Under the pieces are notes generated by a model. That model was not told the origin of the DNA, did no database searches, and was given only the letters and a program-made list of their open reading frames with translations. From NCBI RefSeq assembly GCF_964355755.1, contig NC_092672.1, positions 19,791,237 to 19,855,236 of the forward strand: 64,000 bases of DNA, written 5' to 3'. Shown one piece after another: positions 12,676 to 26,690 of this stretch (positions are counted from its first letter, which is position 1; each line of letters starts with the position of its first letter). The DNA comes from Antedon mediterranea. Its lineage: Eukaryota; Animalia; Echinodermata. The position numbers and the translations under genes are program-made.

Positions 12676-12992
12676 AATTATCGTAGGAGGAGATAGTAAA
12701 ATGCAAAGTGTCCTCGTATTATTGTCTGCGGGTATTTTTCAAATTGGACATCCATTAGACAGTGTATACCACGATCGGAAAACACCCCTATTTGGGGCAA
12801 ATCGTTGAACCTAAATTCGTTTTAATCGTCAATAACTAATTATCGAATTCAATTTAATTAGTAAACAGGGTTACATCAGGTGGTTAAAATCAGTACCGAA
12901 AGTACGAACCAACTTTACATACCATCGAGTAAACATTCTAGAAATAACGCGCGATTTACCGAATTTTGCCCTTACGTAAATTTATATATAGA
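12676..12992 (-). mobile_element. 5' fragment of the Helitron family
   Basis: Inverted copy of 1781-2100, starting A|TCTATATATA on the minus strand. Confidence 0.85.
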
Positions 12993-14785
12993 TATCAGGT
13001 GCTTAATTAATATTTTGATTAATTTTCAACATTTGTCCAATTGTCCAATTGAAATGCGTTGTTTTGTCAAATAAGTTGACTCCAGTATGTTTCCTTGTAC
13101 TAATAGGCCTATTGTTAAATAATATTTATTTATTTTACTTACTCTGGAAGCACCTTCATTCAAGAAGTGTGCCACTGTTTCTAAAGTGTAGCTTCCAAAT
13201 AAATTATTATATTATATGTAAAAAAAGTGGAGTAAAGTTACTTTAGGTAACTAATTAATTATAAAGGCATTCATTTTAAATGTGTTATAATTATAGCTAA
13301 TTCTTTATCTTGTTATTTACTTTATTAATATTAAAAATAAACTTCCAACAGCAAGGAGTTATTTAATTACTTATGTGTACACATTCAGAATACCATAGAT
13401 ATATTTAATAGTGAAAATACCTCTATGAGAATCCCTACCAACTAGCCCCAACATGCATTTGAGCAGTGGGGTGTGTGTAATAATTAGAATAGCCACAAGG
13501 ATATCTCAGAAAAATTTTACTTTTTAACTACTGGACAGATTTTTTTGAAAAAAAAATCTAATAATTCTTAAAATAATGCAAGACTATAGCAATCATGCTT
13601 AATAACGAAAAAGTTATTGTGAATATTACTGAAATTGTGTTCAGGCAGAATGAGTTTATATCACACTTCCTGTTCACCAAGATAAATTAAACAGATAAGA
13701 TTGTAATCCTTTTTTTTCCACTTTGACTGGTGACTCTACTTGTAATGATTGTTTATTCTTACTATAGGCGCGCCTATGCCTGAACCTATTACGGTTATGG
13801 TATGCACTAAATATGTCCATCATTATGGGATTAAATATTATCCTTATTTAGGCTATTTATTAAATAATAATATATTACGAACTGATTTTTTAATTTGTTG
13901 AACTTCAGTTTTAATCCTATGTGTCTTTGTCAATTCTCTATGTTTTTCTTCTCTGAGACAAATATGGTACTACATTTTTCACATGTACGCTGAACTTTTA
14001 TCTGTCCCACTTTAATAAAGTTGAATTGTCGAGTTTGTTGAATTTAGCCTGGTTAGTGTCTGTCCGTTCATTCGTTAATTTAATATTTTTACAACTGTAG
14101 GACATAGTGTATAGGGCCTTTACTTTTTATAGGGTCTATTGAACCTAGTTTGACTGTCTGTCCATCCTTCAGTTCTCATTTTTAACCTTTGGACTAAGTG
14201 TATTTAATAAAAAATGCCGCCTTCGGTTTTTTGCGAGTGGGAGACGTGGAAATGACAATTCACAACGAGTGTATCTCCCCAATCCCCTATTAGAACAAAG
14301 TAAATTCTCTTATCTAATTATAATTTGAGTAGAATATAAAAAATGATGAAATATAATGAAACACCTAACTTTTTCTTCAAATATGTTTGATACAGAGATG
14401 CTGTACTGTAAGTTGCTAACTTTTTTTATGCAATTGTTGTGTATTAAAATTGATTAGGGAAAAATGAAATCACAAAACATTTTAATCTTTTGTAGTTTAT
14501 TGTAAAGAACATATTGTTTTTATTTCATTTTCATAAATAGTAGTATACACTTACATATAAATAGAATTCAGTACTGTACTGTAATACTTAAAAACATATG
14601 GCTGCAATGTTTCAAGCAGTTAAGGTAAGGGGAATCATTGGACAGTATTAAACAGTTAAAAAAAATTTTTAAAATTAAATTTATTGTATTTCGGATCTCA
14701 AACAACAAGTGTTGTTCAGTGACTTTATAGAGATCATTACTGCTATCTGCCAAGATATGTTTTTCTTGGTTCTGTGAGATTTTGT

Positions 14786-15639
14786 TTAGTACATGCTGTT
14801 GTATCTCCAAACATTTCCGAAATCCTTTATTGCTTTATTAATCCTTCTTGCTTCATTTTCATTTTGTTTGTCATTTCTGTCATGGTCTGTTTAATGAATA
14901 GGAAAAAAATATACCATTTAGTGACATGATTTATATATTTAAACTTTTATTGTACATGAATGTTATTAAAGTGAAATGAGGTTGGTTATATTTTTTTAAC
15001 ATATGTACAAAATTGAACTATGGTGAAATGCATGCAGTACATGAATGTTATTATAAAAAATGTTACACCTTTGTACCAGTAACTTCCATAATGAATGAAG
15101 GAATGTTGAATACTTTGATTTGGGTGAGGGTGGGGCTACTGATATTTTTTACCTACCGGTAATAGTTTACTTAATATTATTTTATTTTTATTTTTTAATT
15201 TTAATTTATATATCAACTGACAGATATGAAAACCTCCACTAAAAGGTTGATAAACATGAAACAGTAACATCTTTATCTCATTGTAACATTAAACAACGGA
15301 AGCAGGTTAATAATACTGCAGTGTAATTCTTTAATATAATAAACAGTATGAATATTATTATTATAAAGTGTTGTACATTAAACAAGCATTGCGGATTGTT
15401 TGTATATTAGAAATATGCACAAAATTAAATTATGACAAAGTGCCGGTGTAACTTGGTAACAACAGTTTCTACTAGGCCGACAGTACAATTCCTTAATCTA
15501 ATAAAACAGTGCATGAATCTTATAATGAATTGATGCACATTGCACAGGAGGTGGAGGATGGGTAGGGTTAATTTAAATAAGCACAATGGTGGTACTTACC
15601 TGACTGAATGTTGAATACTGATTGTTGAATGTGTCTCTC
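14786..15639 (-). CDS. Possible last two exons of an unknown minus-strand gene (15639-15600 and 14886-14786)
   Basis: ccctccgccag|40 bp|gtaagtac joins in phase 1 to ttcattaaacag|... and gives ERHIQQSVFNIQSDHDRNDKQNENEARRINKAIKDFGNVWRYNSMY*, with AATAAA downstream. No recognisable domain. Confidence 0.25.
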
Positions 15640-16660
15640 CTGGCGGAGGGAAACAACAATTTACAAAAGAATGCCATAACATGTGGAGTAGCGTGATTGT
15701 TGTTCACCTAGTTGTGTGTGTATGTTATTATAAAATTTATTTTATCAAAATATTAAAACCACTTTAAAAATAAAATAAAAAATGTTTACATGGAACTACA
15801 TGTAATACACAAAACAGTGATATTTATTAGGGCGTCATCCTTTCACCCACTAACAAGTTTTACAATAACAAACATTTTTTCTCATACTTTCTCTCTCTCT
15901 CTCTCTGGAAATGTGACTTATCTCCAACTTTCCATACGGAAAGTCTTACGATTACAAAATTGATGACCGGATGGGCACGGACTGATAATTTTAAAAATGA
16001 AAATTTGTTTTAAGATTAAAATTTACATTTCCATCTGATAATTAAGATACTGTCAGGTTAAAACATTGAAGTATAGATAAGTAAACAAAGATTTTGGTTA
16101 AGTTTAATTTAGTAGTCAAACCATTATTTATCCAACGAGAGTTGGCGGACAAACAAACGTAACTCGAATCCTAGATTTCCAACTTTCAAAACATAACAAA
16201 TATTCTAGTGGTTAAACTGTTGTTATGTTTGGTAATGTATTACATTATTGAATGCTATATTAGTGGTTAATTGTTGTTATAAATGTGTCATTTTAACAGA
16301 ACAAATACTAAGAGATACATTATAGCATTTATGTTATAAGACTTCAGTTAATAGTCCTATTTTGATATTTATGTCTTTTTTGCTTTCATTAATTCTAAAA
16401 GCAAGTAATATAATTTAAAATACAAATTGCAGAGTTGTAAAATAAATGTTTCAAACATGCAGTTGCAAATAAAAAAAAGGCAAATTACTAAAAATAATGA
16501 CAATGCTATGCTATGGGTGGCTGGATCTCAATGGAAATAAAGTAAGCAAAAATCTAAATCAAAACGATAAAGTAAAAGTTAAAACAGCCAGACATTTTAA
16601 TATAGATATCTTCTCTATTGTTTGTGTGTAAATGGACATTTATTTATGTTTTGTTAATAT

Positions 16661-17486
16661 TTTTAGTCGCGTGGAAGCGACTCTATAGTTCACTATGTCG
16701 GTCGGTCGGTCTGTCTGTCTGTCTGTCGGTCTGTCTGTCTGTCTGTCGGTCTGTCTGTCAGTCTTTCTGTCTGTCGGTCCGGTATCACTATGCGTTTTAT
16801 CGCTTTATGACCTTATCTTGATATCAGTTTAATCTAGCTAAGTCAATTTTTCACAGAATATTCCTTATGGCCAGGAATCGATGTGGTTATGTTTTCACGG
16901 TGCGCAATAAAAAATTACGCGGTCTACGCACGATTTAACGAAATCACGTTTGTAATCATTATCTTAACAACCATGAATCACAATTAAATAAAATTTGGTA
17001 CTCATAAATTTCAGGGCATAAATCATCATATGGCAATACAATTACGTGCGTAGCGCATGTAACGCATGCGTACGCGCACTTAAAATTTTCAAAATTTATT
17101 TTCGATGAAATAAGAGTACGTTTCAGGCAATTTTAAGCGTTTACAAAATTGCCATGAGTGCGCAGATTTTTGCGCGCGCACTGCGCGTTAAATGTTATTG
17201 CGCACTCTTTTTACCCGATTTCTGTTTTCTTGACTTACTTTTCAACTCGAAATTACGTTATACGAGCACGTCAAAAGTGACAGGCTACGCACGTGTAAAT
17301 TAAAAAAATATAAATGTTTTTAAACATTTCAACATTTTTAAACATGTTCAGTAATTTCGGTCAGTATAGTTCACTATGTCGGTCGGTCCGTCTGTCTGTC
17401 GGTCTGTCTGTCTGTCGGTCTGTTTGTCTGTCGGTCCGGTATCACTATGCATTGTAGCACGCGACTTAATGGCTGTTGGCCTTGTT
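16661..17486 (+). mobile_element. DINE-1/HINE-like (Helentron-associated) non-autonomous element
   Basis: T-rich insertion site, subterminal IRs agtcgcgtg / cacgcgact, duplicated (gtct/gtcg)n microsatellite block, short 3' stem ending cttgtt. Confidence 0.75.
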
Positions 17487-17489
17487 TAA

Positions 17490-18270
17490 TTATATGTCAG
17501 TCACATATTTTCCATCCTCGCTTTTAGTGTAGGACATTAAAACTGCATCCATTGTCATGTTTTCTGAGCTTTCAAAGCCTGTTCTTTAATATCAGTTCAA
17601 ACTGGAGAACAACAACCTGGTTGAATATTCTAGCACTCTAATATTGTTCAATGTTTTTAATGTCTTGATTTGTGGTGAAAGGAATGTTTGATAGTTGGTC
17701 TTAACAGTGGCAGATCCAGAGGGAGAAAGTAAAGTACTTTCAATTCATTAATTAAAACACATTGTTTCAGCGCCGTGCTAATTTAGTCTTTATTAGAGGT
17801 TGCCATTGCTGTTGCTGTCGTCACACAAAATTATTGTTATGGGTGTTTTGCTAAGTGGTATGACACATGTTCTTTTGCTGTCTAGCTAGATAATTCTGAA
17901 GAATATTATCAGCCTAGACAAAGAGCGCACAGGAGAAATATTTGAATACTCATTTAACCAAGCGATTCCTATACTGTAATTTGAAAACAGTCCTGATAGT
18001 CTCTCCAAAACATTGGAGAATTTGTGTGTTTGAAAACTACTGAAAAGATGTTCAATTGCATTTTTTGATGACTATAAACCCTGCAACCAGTGCATCAGCA
18101 GAGCGAGAAAATTTAGCTCTAGAGACTGTAAAAAATTATCTTTGAGGTACCATAATGGAAGATCGACTAAATGCATTGTTATTGATGTTTGTTCATCAGG
18201 ACATTAAACTTAATTACGATGTCATTTAAGTATGTGAATATGTATCCCCGCTGGATGAAGTATGTAGGCC
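17490..18270 (+). pseudogene. Decayed hAT transposase (C-terminal dimerisation domain)
   Basis: 18071-18230 translates to TINPATSASAERENLALETVKNYL*GTIMEDRLNALLLMFVHQDIKLNYD, matching the hATC pattern PATSA.AER.FS.L..VK.YLR.TM..DRLN.L. Contains an in-frame stop. The 5' boundary is approximate. Confidence 0.8.
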
Positions 18271-18625
18271 TATTTTTATTTAATAAATTTACAGCATTGT
18301 TATTACATGTTATTGTTAAGATAATAAAATTAATGAGCAGTATAGAGATTCAGCCACTGATTACCACAGCATTGTCATTTTTTATTGAAGTCGCGTCATT
18401 TTTTAAAAGTAGTTAATAGGCAGCTTTCGAAACACACAACGCGGTGATTATCGAGATGCGAAAGACTGTGAAATCCTACTGCGTATGCGAGAGCAAAGCC
18501 AGTTTGTTCGGCCTGCTCATCACGAGACGAGATTTGGCTGATTTGGAAGACACGACTTGTACTACTGATTGTATTTTATTTAGAAAGATATTTAAGAACT
18601 GTTGTGTGATGACAATGTGTTATTA

Positions 18626-18945
18626 AATTTCCTACCAAGGAACACATATTTGGAACAATTTAACAGACTATATAAAACAATCCCCCACTTTAAGTTTGTT
18701 TAAACAGAGATTAAAGCAATATTATAACAATAGAAATATTTAAGTTAAGTAAATCACATTATGTTATTTTGGTCTGTTCTTTTTGTTTGTTCTAATTGTT
18801 TGATCTTTTTGTTAGGGTTACATGCTTAAAGCACTTGTGCTTATTTTGTATCCCATTCCATTATCTTTTATTTGTATTGTATTTGTATATGTATTTATTT
18901 TGATTATGGAATAAAAATGTCGATGAATTGAATTGAATTGAAATT
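18626..18945 (+). mobile_element. L2/CR1-group LINE 3' end
   Basis: ISYQGTHIWNNLTDYIKQSPTLSLFKQRLKQYY-type ORF2 end, AATAAA and (aattg)n tail. Confidence 0.65.
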
Positions 18946-21305
18946 AGACCCTAGTAGTAGGGAAATGCGATCATCATCATGAATCATGGTGATGGCAGGT
19001 GCTTTGGTATTAGCGATCCTGTGACAATGACCTGATCGCGTTTTCATAAAATTGAAACAGTTTATAATTCGTGATGCGAAAGGCATGCAACGGTATCCAT
19101 GGTTGACTGACTTCCGCGTCTCGCGTCGCCACTTCGAAAGCTCACTATTGCCATACCGGAAGTACCTTTATCAGGGAATTCCCCTAGATGGTCACATTGA
19201 ACGTGTGTTTACAAGCGGAAAAAGTAGACTACGATCTTTTTACCATTTGTTAACACGCTATGGGAGTGTCATTTCCGGCCAACTATAGGTGTCATTTATC
19301 ATAAATTTTACGTGCGAGAATACAATTTCCAACCGTCTGGGGGTGTCATTTAACAAAATTTGCTTCACCACAGGTCCCACCTTTGCCTCATGGACTTGAT
19401 GACTGGTTGCGTCCCCTCTCCCCTTTACTAGAAGGCTGGATCCGCCCTTGTTTATGATGAGCAACAATGCCTGTTTTCTGTGTGGTGTAATTAAAAAGAA
19501 GTAAATATGATTGCAACTTCATTCTCCTTGTACCTCCTTTTACACCCCTTGAAAATAAATTACAAAAATGAATAATTAAATATCAAAATGAATAATTATA
19601 AACATAATGTAAGTCCATCATGTATTTCATATCATAAAACGCTACCACAGGCACTAATAATAGAATTAGAAGCCAGGCATATACAGTAGGCACATTGGTG
19701 GGCTAGTTTGTCCTGTCACATCTGGACCGAATCGTCCTGAATTCAACTAGTTATAGTAGGCAGTAAGTAACGTCATGCTAAACATAACCTAGTGTTAATT
19801 ACATGCATTAGGTGTTTCAAGCTTATTTTTGGCAAGATCGGCGTACATGAGTTAGAAACATGAACAAACTATACTTACCACCGATTCGAAGTTTGAAATG
19901 TGCGCTGAGCACATGTTATCTCTCAATATTTGCTAGGGATGACTTCTTAAGTGATTTGATTGTGACGCAAGATTTATCGAATGCAGCATTTGACAATTTG
20001 CAAATAAATTGGTCTAAAAACACATTTTTCGTAAAAATGTGCCGTTCTAACATCGATTAATAAATAAAAGGAACTAAAAGGTGTCCCAGCTCTAACGGCG
20101 CTAGCGGTTTTATTATATTAGGAGAAGATAGAGTAAATAGGCTTAATTGGTTATTGATTAGGCCAAATAAAACCTCCTTTTTTGTAAAGTTGCCCAAGAA
20201 ACACCACTGAGAAGATCATTTTTTACTTTTATAACTTAATTGCTAAATTGTGTGTGCGGCCAAATATTATTTGAAAGGTATTAAATTTCTAGACTGGTAT
20301 TTTGTTTGGATATCATAGATGAAACTACCCCTACAGCATCCCAAAGAAGAATAATAATAGTTCTGAAGACTTTTTTTGTAATTATGATTTTATATCATTA
20401 AGTATGTCACAGCAACATTGCCAGTGGGTTTGGTGTGTTGTGGATGGTGGACTCAAGACAAGAATAATATACATATAAAACACTATAATATTATATGTCC
20501 AGATTATCTACAGGTGAATTATCTTCATGAGTCCATTTCCAATTTTACGTCGAAATACAGTACTCTTTTACTCATGTCACTCCCATATTTCCACTCCATC
20601 TTATCCATAATTTCTTCGGTGATTTCTCTGATGTTTTCTAAGCTTAATCTAATTAATTTGGCACTTCTCTATTCTCAAGTGGCACTGTAACACAGACAAA
20701 TATACCGTAGTATACAGTTCATTTACGGTACCCTATAACATTCATTAGACCAACAATCTATTTTATAAATATAACTATTCTACTTACAATGCAGCCTCGT
20801 ACGCAAATCCCAATTTCATTGTCGTATGGTGACAATGCTCACTCGCTCCCCGTTGTCTACAAAAAGACTGTATGCGCTACTCCGCAGTCTACACAAAACA
20901 TCGTTATTCAAATAATTTGCTCATTACCATAATTATAGTGATCACCTGTTGGATTATTATTATTTTGTGACAAAGTAGTCAAATTTTGAAAAGCATATTT
21001 CACAGTTTAAACTTTTTAATCAAAAATACTATGTAGAAATGTTGTCATCAGTGACTTAACTATCAATACTGTGCAACTCCTTTTCATAACTTTCTAAGTT
21101 GGGTTCACTTCCAGGATTCAACATTTTTTTAAATTACTACTTTTCTGAAATATGGTGAGGGACCTAAATGATGTATCTCTACAAAACATTAAAGACCACC
21201 ACCCTGCATTGAGTAACTCTTTTAGAACAATTCTGTCCTTAACATTTTATAGTATGCAAATACAGGTTCCTGGCAAAACAGCATAAAAGTGGACGTAGTT
21301 GTTAA

Positions 21306-21778
21306 GGAGGTTTCGCAACACGGTAATATGTCACACAAAATTATTCGTTTTCATAAGCCAGTACAAATCTGTTTCGCATGGCAACAAAATATTGAGGGCG
21401 CCATCCAAAATATGACTGCTGTAAATTTGAATGAAATGCAGGTACATGTTTCAATGGTTGCCTATAGGCCTAGTGTAGCGAGAGAGGACTTTAAAAACTG
21501 CTATTTATCAAAATTGACTTGGCATTTTTACTAAATTACTTTCAATAAATTATCTATAATTATATTATAATCATGAATCATTTTTTATTCAATGCAAAGC
21601 GTGCAAAATAGATAAAAAACTATGACTGATGATTTTAAGCTATACTCGTTTTTTAGTTACGAATATGACTGGTGATATTCGTCAACACAAATACGCTTTA
21701 CGAATATCAGCTCAAAAGTTTAACAAATGTATGACCTATCCGTTTTCGTTATCGTATTCGTAAGGTTGCGAAACCTCC
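21306..21778. mobile_element. MITE with 14-bp TIRs (Kolobok-like, TTAA at left flank)
   Basis: ttaa|GGAGGTTTCGCAAC ... GTTGCGAAACCTCC. Confidence 0.7.
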
Positions 21779-24700
21779 ATATTATTGGTGCCATGATATA
21801 TCAACATCTTTATAGGGTATGTAGAATCTGTAGCAAAACTAGCATCGATATGGCTTTTAATCCAATACTATAAAATGAAAATAGAAAATATTTAATATTC
21901 TTAATGAATCACAGGATCAAGTGTAAAATTGTATTCAGAGATTTATGGAAAATTATGGTTTCAATTAATGTTTACCCAATTTGTAATAATAACGCTATTA
22001 AACAAAATAGGGTGAAGTTTGAACAACTTAGTGTATAAGTCCTTTTTATACTGTATTCTAATTGATACTATTGTACCACGTCACAATGTTAGCAAACTCC
22101 CTGCTTTGTAGCCATACTACAGATTTTTCATGAACATTTTCTGATTTTTGTAATACCAATATAAACATGGTCAATTTATTTCATCTAATAGAGATCAATG
22201 AAAAAATTAAAATAGAGATCTAAAACAACAGATGATCACATTTGTTGATTTTAAATTGTCTGCTTTACGGCATATTTAACTGTCTACTGACTGCATATTT
22301 AAACATTGATGATTGTTAGAATTCAAATTATTCTGCACTCAGATCTTTAAATCACTGGTGCTTAACTTGTACATATACTTTACAGTGGAAACAGGATGCT
22401 AATTTGTCAACATATATTATCTCTAAAATACTTTGATAACAAGTAGTATATCAACACTGAAATATTATGAAGAGGGAAGCTTGAATCATTCCTAAATAGG
22501 GATAGGCTGCTGTGTAGTGTTCATATGACATGTTCAGTTTTGAAATTCACTAGTAAATAATAAAACCTTACTTTCTGTCTATAATAGCATTACTCGTAAT
22601 CATCATTAGCAAGTAAGGAGAAAAGAGGGACTTACACCTTCATTTTAAAATTAGTTTGTCATATATCTATATATATACAGCCATGAAAAATAGGAATACC
22701 AATACCCAAAAATACAAAAAGATGGGATTTGTAATTTAATGAATAGAGCACGCAAACAGACAGAAAACATTTTTTGTTTTTGGTTATGCATTTTGTTTAA
22801 TACAATTCAATACCCACATTCTGGATTTCTGTAGTACATTTATCTTTTCAGTTCATATTTTATGCATACAAAATTGAGAACCACCAATTCATCACCATTT
22901 CCACTTACATTAAAGCAATAATTAGTATTATAGTATTTTGTTATGATGAACTATTATAATTTTATTTAAAGCAATTTCAGATAAAAGCTATGCATAGAAA
23001 TCTTTTGAATTGCAATAAATAAACACATGAGCTTTTTCTACGACAATTAAAAAAAGCATTATAGTGAACAAAAACTATGATTGTATTGTTTTTCTTGAAA
23101 AATCAGTAGATCAGAAATATTTAAAAAACAATGATTAAAATGAAGTTGCAACAATTTGAATATCATTTATTAGTAGGAATGTACAAAAGCCCTAAACTCA
23201 TACTTACAGTGACAGCTCACACATTTCATTTTACATACACATGCACTTGAAAATGAAAGTTACACAATGATGGCACATTATCATCAAAACAAATGTAAAT
23301 GTACTTTACATTAATTGTTTCTCCACTTAACTGTTTTCACATATTATCATTTATCATTTATATGGGACTGTTTTGTACTACAATTCTTTATGCTGTTATC
23401 AAAAGGACTTTATACTATACTGCAATATTTACATTGATCTTCTGTTCTGGTAAAGTAGACCCTATCATAGAGGCTTACACTATGTATATCAAGGTCTACT
23501 CGCCCTAATTTGGCCAACATTTTCGGCCAACATTTTCGGCCGCTATAAATGTATTGGCCACGAAACATTAATTACATTACTCAAAATTTGCGCCACCTTA
23601 ATTCTGTAGTATTTGTCCATAGTATTTCAAGAACGAATTCTGCCCATTATAATATTTTTAATTCATTTCCACGTCTGTTCATAACTTGCCTCCAAATGTT
23701 AAAGATAGTCTAGTTAGTTTTAGATAGTTTTCCCTTTCTTCATTTATATATTCACTTAAGAAAAACTTGCCTCAAATACCTGTCTGAACTCAATGAAATG
23801 TGAAATGTTATTTTAAAATGTTTTTCTGTATTTAAGTTTATTTAATTTTTACACTTTAGGGGTGTCATACTTTATTTCATCGTTCACACCAACAGTTGAT
23901 TGAATGTAATGTTTAAATATTATCTACTCAACAAAAATATGTTCCATTTGTATAATGTATAGTAATAAATTAATAAACCTTACATTATTCTTTCTTTGCG
24001 CATCTAAATACCTTATAAAGTATGAATACACATGTGGTTGATAACCACAATAAAATAAAATATAGATAAATTGGCCAGACATGACATACATGTTCTTTTA
24101 ATTCTAATTGGTACACATACTGGCCCACATCTTTCTGTTTCACTACATCATACTGGTCCTGCCAGTTGAATCTATTTCTACAGAGCAATCTCACTATTTA
24201 AACAAATTCCGAAACTTATTTAAAAGGTGAGATTCTATGGTGTTTTCTGTCTGCAAATAACTTTATCAATTCCAATAATTCAGACATCAATGAATAAAAA
24301 TAAACAAGAAATAATTTTTACTGTAAAAAAAGACTTTCTGAGATAACAGTTTTAATTATTGTTCTTTCTTCATAAAATGATAATTTCTAAATTGATATTC
24401 TATTTAATAATTTAAGAAATAAAGATTTATTATCAATCATTATTGTTTAAAAATCAGTAGTAAACATTTTGTGTAACATAAATATAGTTTAAATTACTAT
24501 AGACTATAGTACTATGCATATTCTTAGTGGCATTACTCCCTAAGGTTGGAGTGACCCACTCATACCCACAAACATTTCAGTGAACAAAAAATGTATAATT
24601 TTCCATGAGCCTTTGTTGTACAGCAGCAGCCGACAAACATACACACTAATCAAACAATTGTCATCTATATATCACCCCATTCGGCAAAAATATTTACCAT

Positions 24701-25801
24701 AGAGAAAGGATCGTTTTGACCATTATTCAATGATATATATGATGTTAATTATACTTGGCCTCTATGTTGACAGCCAAAACACAGTTATTGTTTATTGAAC
24801 ATAGGTCTTACAAACTAATATCTGCATACTGTACATATCTCAAAGACCCTCTGTGCACATGCCCAGTTTGAGTTTACAAATTCCCATTTAGACTTTCTTA
24901 CCAGACGTGCTTTGGGGTGTGCTCATGCCCAGTTTGTGTTTCTAAATACCCATTTTTTCAGCCTCAGTAATCTATTATAAGCTTCTGCATGGCTAATGCT
25001 TCCGTTCTCTTGAATGTAACTGCCTAAAGGACTGGTGCGAAAATTATTGTTTACTTTTGAAAATTAACTTTTTTATTTATTTTATTTACTGAAGTATAAA
25101 AAATGTTGATGGGATAAGCAATGATTATGGAACATACAGCACTTTATTTGTTTATTGGTATACTCCTGGTGAGCATGGTCTACTATGACAGTTTTAGCCT
25201 CAGTGAATATTATTCACATCCTATACACAATATATTGAACTTTTTGTCTTCAATGTTCATCAAAATAATACATTAATATCAGATTATTTATTTTTGTTTT
25301 AAATTAGTTATATAGGATTTATATAATTTTTTATTAGATAATTGTTAGTTGCATTAAATTTGTTTGAAATGTCAGTATGTATACATATGAATAAATAATG
25401 TTTATTATTTCTTTTATAATTATTGTATAATGTCTTATTTCCAGTGATTGTTTTTGTTATATCCTTGAAATAAAAAGAATATAATATTTTTTTTTGGTGT
25501 AAATTTTAATCATTTTAATAAGTCAATTCAATAAATATAAAACACAAATAATAAAGATGTTATAAAATCTATTAAAATGTATAAATTTTAATATTTTTTA
25601 CATTGATATGATTTGTTTGGCATCAGCCAAACCTTCACCCACTTTAAAGACAGCCTTGAGCTATCCAGGGAGGTATGAAAATGGTCATAGTATTTCTAAA
25701 AACTGTCCATTTGATCTAACAAATTTAAAAAATGAAAACATGTTTATACATATATCTGTTATGTGGTTCAAAAAGATGTCTAAAATTAACTTGTTTATCT
25801 A

Positions 25802-25905
25802 TTTTAGTCGTGTGCAACGTGACTCTACAGCTCACTATGTTGGTCGGTCGGTGAACACTAACTCAAATTTGCGCACACGACTGCAGCCATGTATATGGCC
25901 TTGTT
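25802..25905 (+). mobile_element. Minimal HINE-like element
   Basis: ttttagtcgtgtgc...ctcactatgttggtcggtcgg...cacacgact...ggccttgtt. Related to 16661 and to 33580-33672. Confidence 0.6.
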
Positions 25906-26591
25906 TTTTTATCAGATTAAACTCAACATTAATATTGTTACAATCAATATTTAGACTAATGTGTGTACGTCAAACCTCTTAAAACGGACAATGTTTTGTT
26001 GGTACACTAACAAATCTTTCTTTAGAATAGTGCAGGCCATTATCTCTGATAATATAAAATAATAGATTTGCATTACATACAAAATAATATTCCATGTGCA
26101 AGGCTTCCAATTGAAATGAAAGTACCAAAGCAATCGATAAAATAGGATATGCTACACTCACAATAACTTGTACTAGCTAATGCCACCATCACACCATAGA
26201 GCAATGAACTATTTCTTTGCTCTCTGATCGCACAAAGGATAATTTAAATATATTGAAGTTTTAAACATGCCCCTGAAAGTAAAAGTTTGTACACCAAACC
26301 AATCCAGTAATTTAATATTTAAACAATATTAAATTTAAAAAAAGTTAAATAATTTAAATACCAGGCAACAACATTTTTATGTAAAAACTGGAATAATAAT
26401 AAAAATGTATACAAAAGTAGAAATAAAATTTAAAAAAGCTAATTTGATAGTATTTGTGTGCATTGCGTATATGATAACACACACAGCAAATACAAGTTAC
26501 AAATTGAAACTTAATGGATGTATAATTATATAAAATATTAATTAACCAATAAATATGTAAAAGATGTAACTTGTATGATTTTATATTTTAG

Positions 26592-26690
26592 GTTGGATGC
26601 TCAGCTTTGCATTGGGCAGCTACGAGAGGTCACTCAGCCTGCTGTAACCTGCTGGTTGATGCAGGGTCAGACATCAATATCCAAGACAGA
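26592..26690 (+). CDS. Ankyrin exon (99 bp, phase 0-0)
   Basis: ttttag|VGCSALHWAATRGHSACCNLLVDAGSDINIQDR|gtaagt. Confidence 0.9.

Noticed and set aside
24184-25672. Candidate upstream + strand exons (24184-24226; ending 25672)
   Set aside because: Splice signals are plausible, but there is no recognisable peptide or consistent acceptor, so they cannot be linked to the gene.
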